This document shows, piece by piece, positions 36,217 through 47,210 of a stretch of 64,000 nt of DNA; position 1 is the stretch's first letter; every line of letters starts with the position of its first letter. The position numbers were made by a program, and so were the translations under genes. Below the pieces are notes generated by a model. That model was not told where the DNA came from and did no database searches. It was given only the letters and a program-made list of their open reading frames with translations. The DNA comes from a virus. Location of the stretch: IMG/VR virus record IMGVR_UViG_3300045988_165521. One strand, 5' to 3'.

Positions 36217-37769
36217 ATACGATTTGACTCCACAATATGGAATTGAGGAGGTCAACAAAATTCTTACAAGTAAATTAAGTAAGTACCAAGAAAACGAATG
36301 GAAAAGAGGTATGAAGTGGACGGATGTTCTCTCATCTCTTAAAAAACACTTGAATCAGTTCGAACGAGGTATTGATTATACAAACGAGGGACTTTTAGAA
36401 ATGGCTGAAGTAGCTACTAATGCATTGATATTATGTGAATTTTATCATATATATCCTCAAGGAGATGATAGAGTTATGGCCCCTATCGATAAGCCTATTG
36501 TTGGATTAGATCTCGATAATGTAGTATTTGATTTCAATAAAGCTTATGAAGACAAGTTTGGTGTTGCTATGAATCCTTACTGGAATGCAAACTATCAGAT
36601 GTCTGAACATCTACATGAATTAGAATCAGATAAAGAGTTTTGGATTAATATTCCTGTATTACATAGACCCTCTTTTGAAGTAGACTATTATGTAACTGCA
36701 AGAAATATTCCAACTGAATGGATTCAGGAAAGTTTACAGAAGAATGGTTTACCATGTGCTCCTGTAATTACAGTACCTTGGAATGCTAGTAAAGTTGAGG
36801 CAATTAAAAGTAGGGGAATTACGATTATGATTGACGATTAAAAATATTACTTCAACTAATCCAGTCGTCATTAAATCGCATGAATTGCTGGAAACTCCAG
36901 AGATGGACAATCAGCAGCCAAGCACACCTTTAACAAAGTGTGAAGGTTCAACGACTAACTAATGAAACTATGTTAACATTAATTTTAATAATACTATTTA
37001 GTTGTAGAATATATTATAATCCTAGTCCATTGTTTGAAGAGTATAAAAATTATAGAAATCAAAAACATGAATTAGAATTAGTACAATGTGCTAATACAGA
37101 TAAGAAAATTAAGCAGCTATTATCTATATACTTAGATAAGTACCAGGGAAATCGAATATGGATAATACAGTATCATAGAGGGATCAATGACTACATGTGT
37201 GGTTCTATGAGATTTGAACTTTATGATAAACAAACTAAACCTATTAAATATCAGTATACTGATTTTAACCTAAGTTGGTATACTCTACCCGATTATTTAA
37301 GAATCCATGATAGTTTTATAGGAAAACTTGAAGAGGTTGATCCTGTTTTATCTATAAGTAATAGTGCAAAATATATTATTTGTAAATTAATAAGAGATTA
37401 CAATAATGTTTCTATTGGTATATTTGGTATATCTTATTTAGATAAGCTTCCTAACAAATTGTTAGAAACAGATCTGCAACAAGATTATATTGAATTACAA
37501 AAATTAATGTTAGAATAGAATATAATTTAGACACGAGCGTGCGACATCTAGAAATAGATGATGATATAGTCTGAACTACAGATATAATCTAAAAATGAAA
37601 CTGTAGAATTAACAGATAAAGAACTGTTAAGTTAACATAATTGAAATATGATAATTATAAAGAAATTACTAATGCGGGAATATTCTGTTATTTAATGGAT
37701 GCTCCTCATAATCAGTATTATCAAGTAGGACATCGTAGAATTTATGATCTTAAAATACCTATTAAGTAA
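36197..37769 (+). CDS. 5'(3')-deoxyribonucleotidase (HAD/NT5C-like) with an N-terminal extra domain, split by a group I intron: join(36197..36838,37644..37769)
   Basis: DLDNVVFDF HAD motif. Exon 1 ends ...ITIMIDD and exon 2 reads KYDNYKEITNAGIFCYLMDAPHNQ... to TAA 37767. Confidence 0.6.
36839..37643 (+). mobile_element. Group I intron (phage IA2-like core) with an unrecognised ORF
   Basis: P1: exon TGACGAT (36832-36838) pairs with GTCGTCA (36864-36870), with a U-G wobble. It shares TGAATTGCTGGAA, AATCAGCAGCCAAGC, GGTTCAACGACT, ACACGAG and GATATAGTCTGAAC with the introns at 51581 and 55102. It ends ...ATAATTG. Confidence 0.75.
36970..37518 (+). CDS. intron-encoded protein of unknown function (N-terminal hydrophobic helix; no endonuclease motif seen)
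   Basis: ATG 36970; 182 aa: MLTLILIILFSCRIYYNPSPLFEEYKNY... Confidence 0.5.
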   Translation: MLTLILIILFSCRIYYNPSPLFEEYKNYRNQKHELELVQCANTDKKIKQLLSIYLDKYQGNRIWIIQYHRGINDYMCGSMRFELYDKQTKPIKYQYTDFNLSWYTLPDYLRIHDSFIGKLEEVDPVLSISNSAKYIICKLIRDYNNVSIGIFGISYLDKLPNKLLETDLQQDYIELQKLMLE

Positions 37770-38062
37770 TGAACTTAAAGGATAAATTAGAACTGGCCTT
37801 ACATGAAGCCTATATAAAAGCCTATAAATTAGCTGAACCTTCTGCAGACTTTGATATTTTAGTTGAAAATGCAGAAATTATGTCAGATGGCAAGAAGAAC
37901 ATTCATTTTGAAAACTACTTTTTAGATGATGATATTGCAGAAAATATCTTAAATGAAGTAGCTAAGAAATATAAGTTATCTAAATACATGAAAAGCCAGC
38001 TTCATATAGCTTATTATTTAGGTTGTAGTCCAGCGACAAAACGCAAGGAAAATGACAATTAA
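37769..38062 (+). CDS. hypothetical protein
   Basis: 97-aa ORF. Confidence 0.5.
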   Translation: MNLKDKLELALHEAYIKAYKLAEPSADFDILVENAEIMSDGKKNIHFENYFLDDDIAENILNEVAKKYKLSKYMKSQLHIAYYLGCSPATKRKENDN

Positions 38063-39071
38063 CTTAAATGATATAAAACTTAGTCCAGTCTTAGAAAGTG
38101 TATATAGAAGTAAAATAAGTGATGCAGAATATTTCTCAAGCTCTTATTCTAATTATATATCAAATTCTAGATTAAAGTATATAAATCCCGATCAGGGTGG
38201 TAGTCCAAGTTTATATAATAAAGGTATAGAAAATAAATCAACTAATTCTTTAGAATTAGGAACAGCTATACATGAATTATTTTTACAACCAGAGTCTTTT
38301 AAATTAGGTGATTCATATAATAAGCCTACAGCAAAATTAGGTATGGTAATAGATAGTATTATTAAATATAGAAAACAAGGTTATACTATTAGAGAATCTA
38401 TTACTAAAAGCTGTATTGATATAGATTATTATAAAAATAATTTAAATGAGAGTAGAATCCAAAATATAATAAAATCTGGATTAAATTATTATCAAAACTG
38501 CAAAGATTTAATAGAAGGCGATTTAGTAATTTTAAATGATAAACATCGTACAATTTGCAGTAATTGTTTAGAATCGTTATCTAACAATCCTTCAATAGTA
38601 AACTTAGTAAGACCTGAAGGTCTTGAAGCTTATAATGAAGATGCTTTGTTCATAGATATTATTGGCGAATATAATAATAGTAAATGTATATTAAAATTAA
38701 AAATGAAAGCTGATAATTGGACGATTGATAAAGATAATAAAATAATTACTCTTAATGATTTAAAGACTACGGGTCATTTACTTGAACAATTTATGAATGG
38801 AAGTTTTTGGAATTTTCATTATCATAGACAGATGGGAATGTACCTATGGATGTTACTTCAATTCTGTAAAAAAGAATATGGATACACTCCTAAAGACTGG
38901 ACTTTTCAAGCTAATATTATTGCCGTTGAAACTACAGGCTCTAACAGAGCTAGTGTTTTTAATATTGATTCAGATATACTTAATATAGGTAGATTAGAAT
39001 TTTGTAGACTTCTAAAAATGGTTGCATATTGTGAAATCAATGGTTATTCTGATGATGTTACATTTATTTAA
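38052..39071 (+). CDS. PD-(D/E)XK exonuclease-like protein
   Basis: LGTAIHELFL ... KADNW...LNDLKTTG motifs. Confidence 0.45.
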   Translation: MTINLNDIKLSPVLESVYRSKISDAEYFSSSYSNYISNSRLKYINPDQGGSPSLYNKGIENKSTNSLELGTAIHELFLQPESFKLGDSYNKPTAKLGMVIDSIIKYRKQGYTIRESITKSCIDIDYYKNNLNESRIQNIIKSGLNYYQNCKDLIEGDLVILNDKHRTICSNCLESLSNNPSIVNLVRPEGLEAYNEDALFIDIIGEYNNSKCILKLKMKADNWTIDKDNKIITLNDLKTTGHLLEQFMNGSFWNFHYHRQMGMYLWMLLQFCKKEYGYTPKDWTFQANIIAVETTGSNRASVFNIDSDILNIGRLEFCRLLKMVAYCEINGYSDDVTFI

Positions 39072-39073
39072 AT

Positions 39074-39625
39074 ATGCGCAAATTAGAAATTCAGGCTTAT
39101 ACCTTAGATGAAGCTAAAATTAATGCTTTTAAACAAGGTATAACTGTAGTACAAGATGCTACCAGAAGCTGAAAAAAATCTGGATCTCCAGTTCTAACTA
39201 AAGATATGAATATATTTGCTGCAGATTTTCTTGAACAAAAAGGAATGTTTGATTTTGAAGGTGCTGGTATTATTATTGCTATAAAATCTGGCACTAAAGA
39301 TACTCGTAAGAAACCTTATAAAGTTATTAGTTCAAGACGTAAAGGACGTTGTAAGCTTTATCGAACTATTGAAATTCGTTTAAAACGTAATCATGAAGTG
39401 ATTGGAGAAGCAGTAAACAAAACTGAAGCGTTAAATCTAGCTAAAAGTTTAATTCGTAACTTTCGTGAAAATGTGTATGCAAAAACTGTATACAATACTA
39501 AAGATATTGATTTTGAACTTGAATATATGCCTTCTACTAAGGCAGAAAAAGGGCAATATATTGTCTTTGGAGTAGAACAATCTGATGTAAAACTCAGTAA
39601 AAGAAAGAATAGAGGGGCAGAGTAA
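39074..39625 (+). CDS. hypothetical protein (1 in-frame TGA)
   Basis: ATG 39074, in frame with track ORF 39206. Confidence 0.45.
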
Positions 39626-39637
39626 TCTGCCTCTTTT
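39614..39637 (+). terminator. Rho-independent terminator
   Basis: GGGGCAGA-GTAA-TCTGCCTC followed by TTTT. Confidence 0.6.
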
Positions 39638-39666
39638 ATTCTCTTTATATATAAAATTATATATAA

Positions 39667-41910
39667 ATGACTATAGAAGAATGGTTAAATAAAGACGAAC
39701 TTGCAATAACAATTTGAAATAATAAATATAGATTTGAAAATGAATCATTAGACGCGTGGTTTAAACGAGTAAGTAATAATAATCCTGAAGTCGAAAAACT
39801 AATCAGAGAAAAGAAATTTATTTTTGGAGGACGAATTTTAGCAAATAGAGGTTTGAATTCTAAAAATAAAAAAATTACTTATTCAAATTGCTATGTAATT
39901 GCTCCTCCACAAGATAATCTTGAATCTATTTTTGAATGTGGATCTAAGCTAGCTCGTACTTTTAGTTATGGAGGTGGATGTGGAATTGATATTTCAAATC
40001 TCCGTCCAACAGGATCTAAAGTAAACAATGCAGCAAAAACAACATCTGGTGCAGTTAGCTTTATGGATTTTTATTCATATATTACTGGATTGATTGGACA
40101 ATCTGGAAGACGTGGGGCATTAATGATCTCAATATCTTGTGATCATCCAGATCTTGAAGAATTTATTGAACTTAAGTCAAATTTAGATAAAGTTACAAAA
40201 GCTAATATTTCTGTTAGAGTTAGTGATAACTTTATGAAATCTGTTATTAATGCAGAAACTTTGATTCTTAAGTTTATTACAGATACAGGAGAAGTTATAA
40301 CTAAAGAAGTTGAAGCTTATCCTATTTTTAGAAAATTAGCAGAGATGAATTGAGATTATGCAGAGCCTGGAATTTTATTCTGGGATGCTATTAAAAATTG
40401 AAATCTTCTCTCAAATAACCCTGATTTTTCTTTTGCTGGAGTAAATCCATGTGCAGAAGAACCACTTCCTGCAGGCGGTAGTTGTTTATTAGGAAGTATA
40501 AATCTTGCAGAATTTGTTACAGAATGTGAAACATTTGACTTTGTAGGATTTAAAGATACTGTTAAAAAAGCAGTAGTTGCATTAAATGAAGTACTTGATG
40601 AAGGTCTTCCATTACATCCTCTTATTGAGCAAAGAGAATCTGTTAAAAATTGGAGACAGATTGGACTAGGAGTAATGGGATTAGCAGATATGTTTATAAA
40701 ACTAGGTATTAAGTATGGCAGTGAAGAATCTATTAAATGGATTAATATGATTGGAACTGAAATGATCTTTTCAGCTTTGGAAAGTTCTAATGAACTAACA
40801 ATAAGTAAAGGAGCATATCCAATGTTTAATACAAAAGTTGTAGATACACCTTTCTTTCAAGCGCTTAATACTAAGGAAAATAATCTTCGATATCAGGAAT
40901 TAAGAAGTAATGTTCTTTTAAGAGGATTATGTAATTCTCAGTTATTAACTTGTGCTCCTACAGGTAGTATTGCTACTATGTTAGGAATTTCAACAGGTTG
41001 TGAACCTATTTTTGCAACTTCTTATACAAGAAAAACAGAATCTTTAGTTGATAAAGAGAAACTTTATAAAGTATATACTCCAATTATCCAGAATAATTTC
41101 ATTTCAAAAGGAGTTCCTGAAAATCAACTTCCAGAATATGTAGTAACTTCAGAGAACATTCCTTATACAGAGAGAATTCAAGTTCAAGCTGCTTTACAAA
41201 GATATATAGATGCTTCAATTTCCTCAACAATAAACTTACCTGAATCTGCTACAATAGATGATGTTGAAAGAATTTATAGACTTGCATGAGAGTATCATTT
41301 AAAAGGCGTAACTGTTTATAGAGCAGGTTGTAAAAGAGGAGCTATTTTATCTAAGAAACCTATGGGAAGTAAAGAATTAATGAAGCGTCCAGAATCAATT
41401 GATGCTAAATTAATTAGATTTAAAAATGGAACTGAAAACTGGATTGCATTTGTAGGTTTAGTTGATGATAGACCTTATGAAGTATTTACAGGAATTAATA
41501 ATATTGAGGATTTTCCAATTCCCTCAACTATTACCGAAGGTAAAATTATTAAGGTAAAAGATGAATTTGGTAAACGATATGATTTTCAATATGTCGATAA
41601 GTATGGATATACAAATCGATTAGGAGGATTGTCTCGCATCTTTAATCAAGAATACTGGAATTATGCTAAATTAATATCTGCTCTATTAAGAGGAGGAATT
41701 GAATTAGATAAAGTAGTCAAGATTATTGATGGTATGCATTTTGAATCTGATACTTTAAATACCTGGAAGAATGGAGTAAAAAGAGCAATAAAAACATTTA
41801 TTGTTAATGGAACAGAATCTCACGAACTTTGCCCAGATTGTGGTGACCATTTAATATATGAAGGTGGTTGTACTATATGTAAGAGTTGTGGATTTAGTCG
41901 TTGTGTATAA
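39667..41910 (+). CDS. nrdJ: ribonucleotide reductase, class II-like single chain (4 in-frame TGA)
   Basis: Track ORFs 39853, 40675 and 41362 lie in one frame, joined by TGA at 39715, 40351, 40399 and 41287. NPCAEEPLPAGGSCLLGSINL active-site loop, GVTVYR, and a C-terminal CPDC...CTICKSC zinc ribbon. Confidence 0.8.
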
Positions 41911-41951
41911 TTGTAAATAATAAAATATTAATAGATTAAAATTTAAGAGAT

Positions 41952-42314
41952 ATGAAGACAGAAAGAATCGTTTCCGCTCACGGATTAGAAGGTTATCGTG
42001 TAACTGATAGTGGTAAACTTATTGGTAAGAGAAATTGTCAGTTAGTTGGATGCTTAAGTAATGGTTATACTCGATATACTGTTAGAGTAAATAAGAAAAC
42101 TAAGAGTATTAATGGAGCTCGTGTAGTTTGGGAAAGTTTTTATGGTCCGATTTCTAAAGGCTTTGAGATTGACCACATTAATGGAGATCGAAGTGATAAT
42201 CGTTTGTCTAATCTTAGAGTAGTAACTCATAAGGAAAATATGGCAAATCCTATTACTCGTGCTAGAATGGGTAAACCTCGTAAGCGTTATTCAGTAAAAT
42301 ATGAAAAAGTATAG
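41952..42314 (+). CDS. HNH homing endonuclease (free-standing)
   Basis: EIDHINGDRSDNRLSNLRVVTHKEN. Confidence 0.75.
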   Translation: MKTERIVSAHGLEGYRVTDSGKLIGKRNCQLVGCLSNGYTRYTVRVNKKTKSINGARVVWESFYGPISKGFEIDHINGDRSDNRLSNLRVVTHKENMANPITRARMGKPRKRYSVKYEKV

Positions 42315-42855
42315 TGAAGAATTTCGTGATGCAATGACCGATGTTGAAGTAGTTAATATTTCTAAAAATACTCTTCCAGAGTATACTGAAGAATGAGATG
42401 CTGGTTGTGATGTTAGAGTCGACTTTAGTAGAATAACTTCAGATGAACCACTAAAAACAAAAGGAGATTGCCAATTTCTATTTGAAAACGAAGTTAATCC
42501 ATTAAAATCTTTTATTCTTGAACCTAGATCTCGAGCAATTATACCTACAGGTTTATTTGTTTGTATTCCAAAAGGATATGAAATACAAGTACGCCCAAGA
42601 TCTGGTTTAAGTTTTAAGGTTGGTCTTACTTTAATTAATTCTCCAGGTACAATTGATGCAAGATATCGGGACGAAGTAGGTTTACTTGTTGTTAATAATG
42701 GTTCTGAACCTGTTGTAATAACAGATGGAGAACGTATTGGACAGCTAGTACTTAAGCGTGTTGAATTTATTAATTGGATTGTAAAACGTTCTGTTAAAGA
42801 ATTCTCTGATCAATCTGATAGAGGTGGAGGAACAGGACATTCTGGAGTAAATTAA
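42301..42855 (+). CDS. dut: dUTPase (1 in-frame TGA)
   Basis: RSG...NSPGTIDARYRDEV...GERIGQLV...RGGGTGHSG motifs. Confidence 0.8.
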
Positions 42856-42856
42856 A

Positions 42857-44242
42857 ATGATTTTAAACTATGATTTACCAAAATTAGAATCTGAATTACT
42901 TTCATTTCAACTAGATTCTAAGCAAAAAGAAGTACTTGAATCAGCTCTAAACTATATTAAAAGTGATATTAAGATTAATTCTGATACTAAACATTTGTGC
43001 ATATCAGGTAGAGCAGGTACTGGAAAAACTCAAATATGTGCTTTAATTGTGAAGATATTGAAGGATAATAATATTCCATTTTTGGTAATTACTCCTACAA
43101 ATAAGTCAAAGAACGTAATAGCTTCTGTAGTTGATTCAGAAGCTATTACTGTTCATAGACTATTAAGTTTATCTCCACAAGTTGATATACTTGAATTAGA
43201 TCTTAAAGAGTTAAACTTTATACAAAAAAATGCTATATATTTACAATATAAAGCAGTTTGGATTATTGATGAATGTAGTATGGTTAATGATAATTTATAT
43301 AAATTAATTATTGATCAAGCTACTGATCATCAATGTAAAATTATATGGCTTGGAGATGAAAAACAGTTAAGCCCTGTAAGTCAAAAACAAGTATCTAAAA
43401 CATTTAGAAATTCTACTAAATACACTTTAGATAAAGTATATCGTCAATCTTCAGATTCTCCAATTGGAAAAATATTAGAAACGTTACGTTCTAAGCCAAT
43501 TAGTAGATTTGAATCTACGCCAGATAGTGATTCTGGATCTTTAAAAGTATACAATAATATTCGAGAAATGTTAGAAGAGCATTGCTATCTATTTAAGGTT
43601 GGAATGAATCTTGAAGATCAACATATTATAAAATTAGTCACATATACTAATAAAAGGATTGAAGCTTTAAATCAAATTATTAGACGTTTAGTTTTTAATG
43701 ATGATGAGGAGTATCATTTTGGAGAGGTCTTAACTGGGTATGATTCTTGTATGTATAAAAATCAAGGTATTATTGAAAACTCATCTGATTATTTAGTTAG
43801 AGAAGTTGAAGATACTACATTTCAAGGATTAAAAGCATATAAATTAACTTTATATGATCCTTCTAAAGAGTGTGATATTGAGATTACTATAATTTCAAGA
43901 TATAATAGTAGTTATGATATTGCTAATTTAGCAGCTCGAATTGATAATATGAGAGTTAAAGCTGTAAAAAGTAAAAATGGCAAAGATTGGAGAGCTTATT
44001 ATCAATTTCGAGAAGCGTTTCTTACTCCCTTTGATTTAGTACATGAAGGAAGAGTTATAAAGAGAAAATCTTTAGACTATGGATATTGTATATCTGCACA
44101 TAAATCACAATCTTCTTCATATTTAGCAGTATTAGTTGATATGGAAAATATTTTGCAATGTACAGATCCTGAGGAATTACGACAATTACAATATGTAGCT
44201 TTATCTCGAACTACTAATGATATATATTTATATCAAAGATAA
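42857..44242 (+). CDS. SF1 Dda/RecD-like DNA helicase
   Basis: GRAGTGKT, IIDECSMV, YCISAHKSQSS. Confidence 0.75.
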   Translation: MILNYDLPKLESELLSFQLDSKQKEVLESALNYIKSDIKINSDTKHLCISGRAGTGKTQICALIVKILKDNNIPFLVITPTNKSKNVIASVVDSEAITVHRLLSLSPQVDILELDLKELNFIQKNAIYLQYKAVWIIDECSMVNDNLYKLIIDQATDHQCKIIWLGDEKQLSPVSQKQVSKTFRNSTKYTLDKVYRQSSDSPIGKILETLRSKPISRFESTPDSDSGSLKVYNNIREMLEEHCYLFKVGMNLEDQHIIKLVTYTNKRIEALNQIIRRLVFNDDEEYHFGEVLTGYDSCMYKNQGIIENSSDYLVREVEDTTFQGLKAYKLTLYDPSKECDIEITIISRYNSSYDIANLAARIDNMRVKAVKSKNGKDWRAYYQFREAFLTPFDLVHEGRVIKRKSLDYGYCISAHKSQSSSYLAVLVDMENILQCTDPEELRQLQYVALSRTTNDIYLYQR

Positions 44243-44243
44243 T

Positions 44244-45449
44244 ATGACAAATTACTTCTTTAAAAGAGACAATAATAATAAGATTCGAGTAGTTCAACTA
44301 AATTTAAATGAACATACTGATATTCAATCGAATGAAAAATTCTATTCAATAACTGGAGAAACTGGCGTATTGAATGGAAAAATGGTTAAACGACCTTTAG
44401 TTACTATTGAACAAGGTAAAGTTAAAAGAACTGTCAAAGAACAAGCTGAATTACAATATAATAGCTTATGCAATAGCTATTTAGATAAAGGGTATAAATC
44501 TCAAGAGGAACTTAAAATAAAAGATATAACAGATGAATCAGAAGTAGATTTAAAAGTTCCTAAACAGAATACCGACGCAAAAGGAAACTTAAAGCCTATG
44601 TTGGCTCTTAGTGTTGATAGTCTCCCAAAATCTAAACAAAATATATTAGACAATAAATGATATGCTTCAACTAAGCTAGATGGAGTAAGGTGTCTAATGT
44701 ATTATAAGGATAAGGAAGTTTATACTTCTTCTAGAGGAGGTAAAGATTATGATACTCCTACAACTTATATTCGTAAGAATACATTCTTAAATCAATTTTT
44801 TAATAATAATCCAAATGTAGTATTAGATGGAGAATTATATATTCATGGAAAGCCTCTATCTTATATTAGTGGAATTGTTAGATTACAAGATCTTTGTGAA
44901 AAACACGAAGAACTTCAATATTATGTTTATGATATAGTTGATGAAACTAAAACTTTTCAGGAAAGACTAAAAATTCTAACTGAGTTAGATAAATGTATGA
45001 GTTTAAGTTCTATTATTCCTAATAGAGTTGTAGTAGTTAATCATGAAAGTGTATCTGGAAAGGATGCAATTGTTCAACTTCATAATCAGTATATATCTGA
45101 AGGTTATGAAGGTTTAGTTATTAGAGATCCAAATGAAAAATATAAATGTGGAGCTCGAGATAAGCGAATGCTAAAAGTAAAAATGTTCCAGGATGATGAA
45201 TTTGAAATAACTGGAATGACTGATGGCCTTCGAGAAGAGGATTTTGTTTTTAATATGAAAACAAAGGACGGATATCCATTTGAAGCTAAGCCTATGGGAG
45301 ATAGAGCTTTAAAGAAGTGATATCGAGAAAATATAGACAAATTAATAGGACAAATGGGTACAGTAAAGTATTTTGGATATACTGCAACAGAAAATGCAGT
45401 TCCAAATCTTCCAGTATTCAAAAGTCTACGAGATAAAACTGATTTATAA
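44244..45449 (+). CDS. ATP-dependent DNA ligase (2 in-frame TGA)
   Basis: KLDGVR (motif I), DGELY, EGLVIRDP, LKVK. TGA at 44658 and 45318 join the track ORFs. Confidence 0.75.
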
Positions 45450-45847
45450 TGAAACTTACATTAAAGCAACTTAAAGATTTAATTTCAAGTTATCGTACTG
45501 CTTTAAATGAAGCAGAGAATTTTGAAAGACTAGGTTTTGATATTAGAAGTAGTGAGATGTGGTATTATTTAGAACATGCTCTTGATATAGCTTTAACGTT
45601 GTATTTTGGAGAGAATGTTTCTGAAAAAATATGGAATTTTATTTTAAATGATTCTGTAAATGAATTTGCTACTATTGAGGAATTATTTGAATTTGTATCA
45701 GATAAATATTCAGAATTAGTTAATAAAGATACAGCACTTACACTTGATCAACTTCAAACATTATTTCCTCAGGAAGAAATGTTTAAGTATTTTGATAAAG
45801 TAATTAAAGAACAAACTAAACAAAAAGAAAATGAAACAACCGTTTAA
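45449..45847 (+). CDS. hypothetical protein
   Basis: 132-aa ORF. Confidence 0.5.
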   Translation: MKLTLKQLKDLISSYRTALNEAENFERLGFDIRSSEMWYYLEHALDIALTLYFGENVSEKIWNFILNDSVNEFATIEELFEFVSDKYSELVNKDTALTLDQLQTLFPQEEMFKYFDKVIKEQTKQKENETTV

Positions 45848-46280
45848 CCTATCTCAAGAAAAAATTGATCAACTTTTTCGACATTGTATATTCGATCTAA
45901 CTCCAAAAGCTATAGGTAATAAATATATGTATTATCATACTTCTGATAACGCTTATCGATATAGAATTCAATGGACTGAAAAAGATGATAGATCTTATCA
46001 TTCTTATCCATGTAGCGATATTACAGAAGATCTTTTTGAATCAGATAACTTAAAATTTAGGATAATTATATATCGTACTTTTGAAGATACTGTATTTGGA
46101 GCGTATCCATGTACTAGTATTGCTCTTGAAGTATCTGATTTAGATTTTGAAGAACTTCAAAAAGTTAAATTAGAAATATATAATACATATAAGGAATTTT
46201 ATAATGATTTATTAGAAAGTGCTCCTTGTGAACTTTCATCTATTGAAGCACATCCTAGAGTTATAAAACCTAATGAATAA
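45831..46280 (+). CDS. hypothetical protein
   Basis: 149-aa ORF. Confidence 0.5.
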   Translation: MKQPFNLSQEKIDQLFRHCIFDLTPKAIGNKYMYYHTSDNAYRYRIQWTEKDDRSYHSYPCSDITEDLFESDNLKFRIIIYRTFEDTVFGAYPCTSIALEVSDLDFEELQKVKLEIYNTYKEFYNDLLESAPCELSSIEAHPRVIKPNE

Positions 46281-46776
46281 AGAAGAGATTAAGGAATTAA
46301 AAGAGAACAAGGATATTAAGTATATTTATAAAATTCCTTGTTCTCTTTTTGAAACTGATCTTTTAGTTATCATTGGAAACATTAAAACCAAATATGATAA
46401 AGAAAAACATTGTTTATATTTTTCTTTTGAAGATTGGTTTCAAAGAACTGATTGTGGGGATCTTTTACCATATGTATGTTCTACACTTAATAAAAAAGGA
46501 AAGATAAAAGAATATCTTAATGTTTATGTAAAACCTGATTTAGTTAAGTTTAGAAATTATATTATTAAAGATCCTAGTATTACTCCTTTAGAAAAGTATA
46601 TAGAAGTTAATTGGGCATTACAAATTCTTAGAGAGTTTAAAGTAAATCGTCCAGATGTGTTTTCTAGAGAATCTAATCTTGAAGAACTTATGAAAAATAA
46701 GTACCAAAAAGATTTAAGTACTTTTCTAACAGAAGTCCATCCTATGTATATAAAGCAATTTTATGACAAAAAATAA
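46273..46776 (+). CDS. hypothetical protein
   Basis: 167-aa ORF. Confidence 0.5.
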   Translation: MNKEEIKELKENKDIKYIYKIPCSLFETDLLVIIGNIKTKYDKEKHCLYFSFEDWFQRTDCGDLLPYVCSTLNKKGKIKEYLNVYVKPDLVKFRNYIIKDPSITPLEKYIEVNWALQILREFKVNRPDVFSRESNLEELMKNKYQKDLSTFLTEVHPMYIKQFYDKK

Positions 46777-47209
46777 ATTAACAATAATTGTAATGGTTGG
46801 ACCTCCAGCTAGTGGCAAAACTTCGTGGTCTAAAGAGTTCGTGAAGGGAAAGTCTACTTGGATTCGGGTGAATAGGGACGATCTCCGACTTATGTGCGGT
46901 GATTATTGGATTCCGTCTCGGGAAAAGTTAATTAATACTCTTGAGGAAACAACTATTACCTCTGCTTTAGAGCAAGGTTATAACGTTATAATTGATGCTA
47001 CTAATCTTAACCCTAAAACTAGGGCTAAATGGGAAGAAATTGCCTCAAATTTCGATGCAAATATTGAATATAAGGAAATAGTTATTCCATATAAAGAAGC
47101 TGTTAAACGGGATAAAAATAGGGATTTACAAGTAGGTGAAGATACAATACGTATATTTTATCGAAAATATTATCCTGAGCTACTAAAACAAGAATTAGAC
47201 GAAATATAA
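46763..47209 (+). CDS. polynucleotide 5'-kinase-like P-loop kinase (T4 Pnk kinase-domain-like; no phosphatase domain)
   Basis: GPPASGKTSW...VNRDDLR...DATNLNPKTRAKWEE...KRDKNR parallels the T4 Pnk N-terminal domain as recalled. Confidence 0.65.
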   Translation: MTKNKLTIIVMVGPPASGKTSWSKEFVKGKSTWIRVNRDDLRLMCGDYWIPSREKLINTLEETTITSALEQGYNVIIDATNLNPKTRAKWEEIASNFDANIEYKEIVIPYKEAVKRDKNRDLQVGEDTIRIFYRKYYPELLKQELDEI

Positions 47210-47210
47210 T

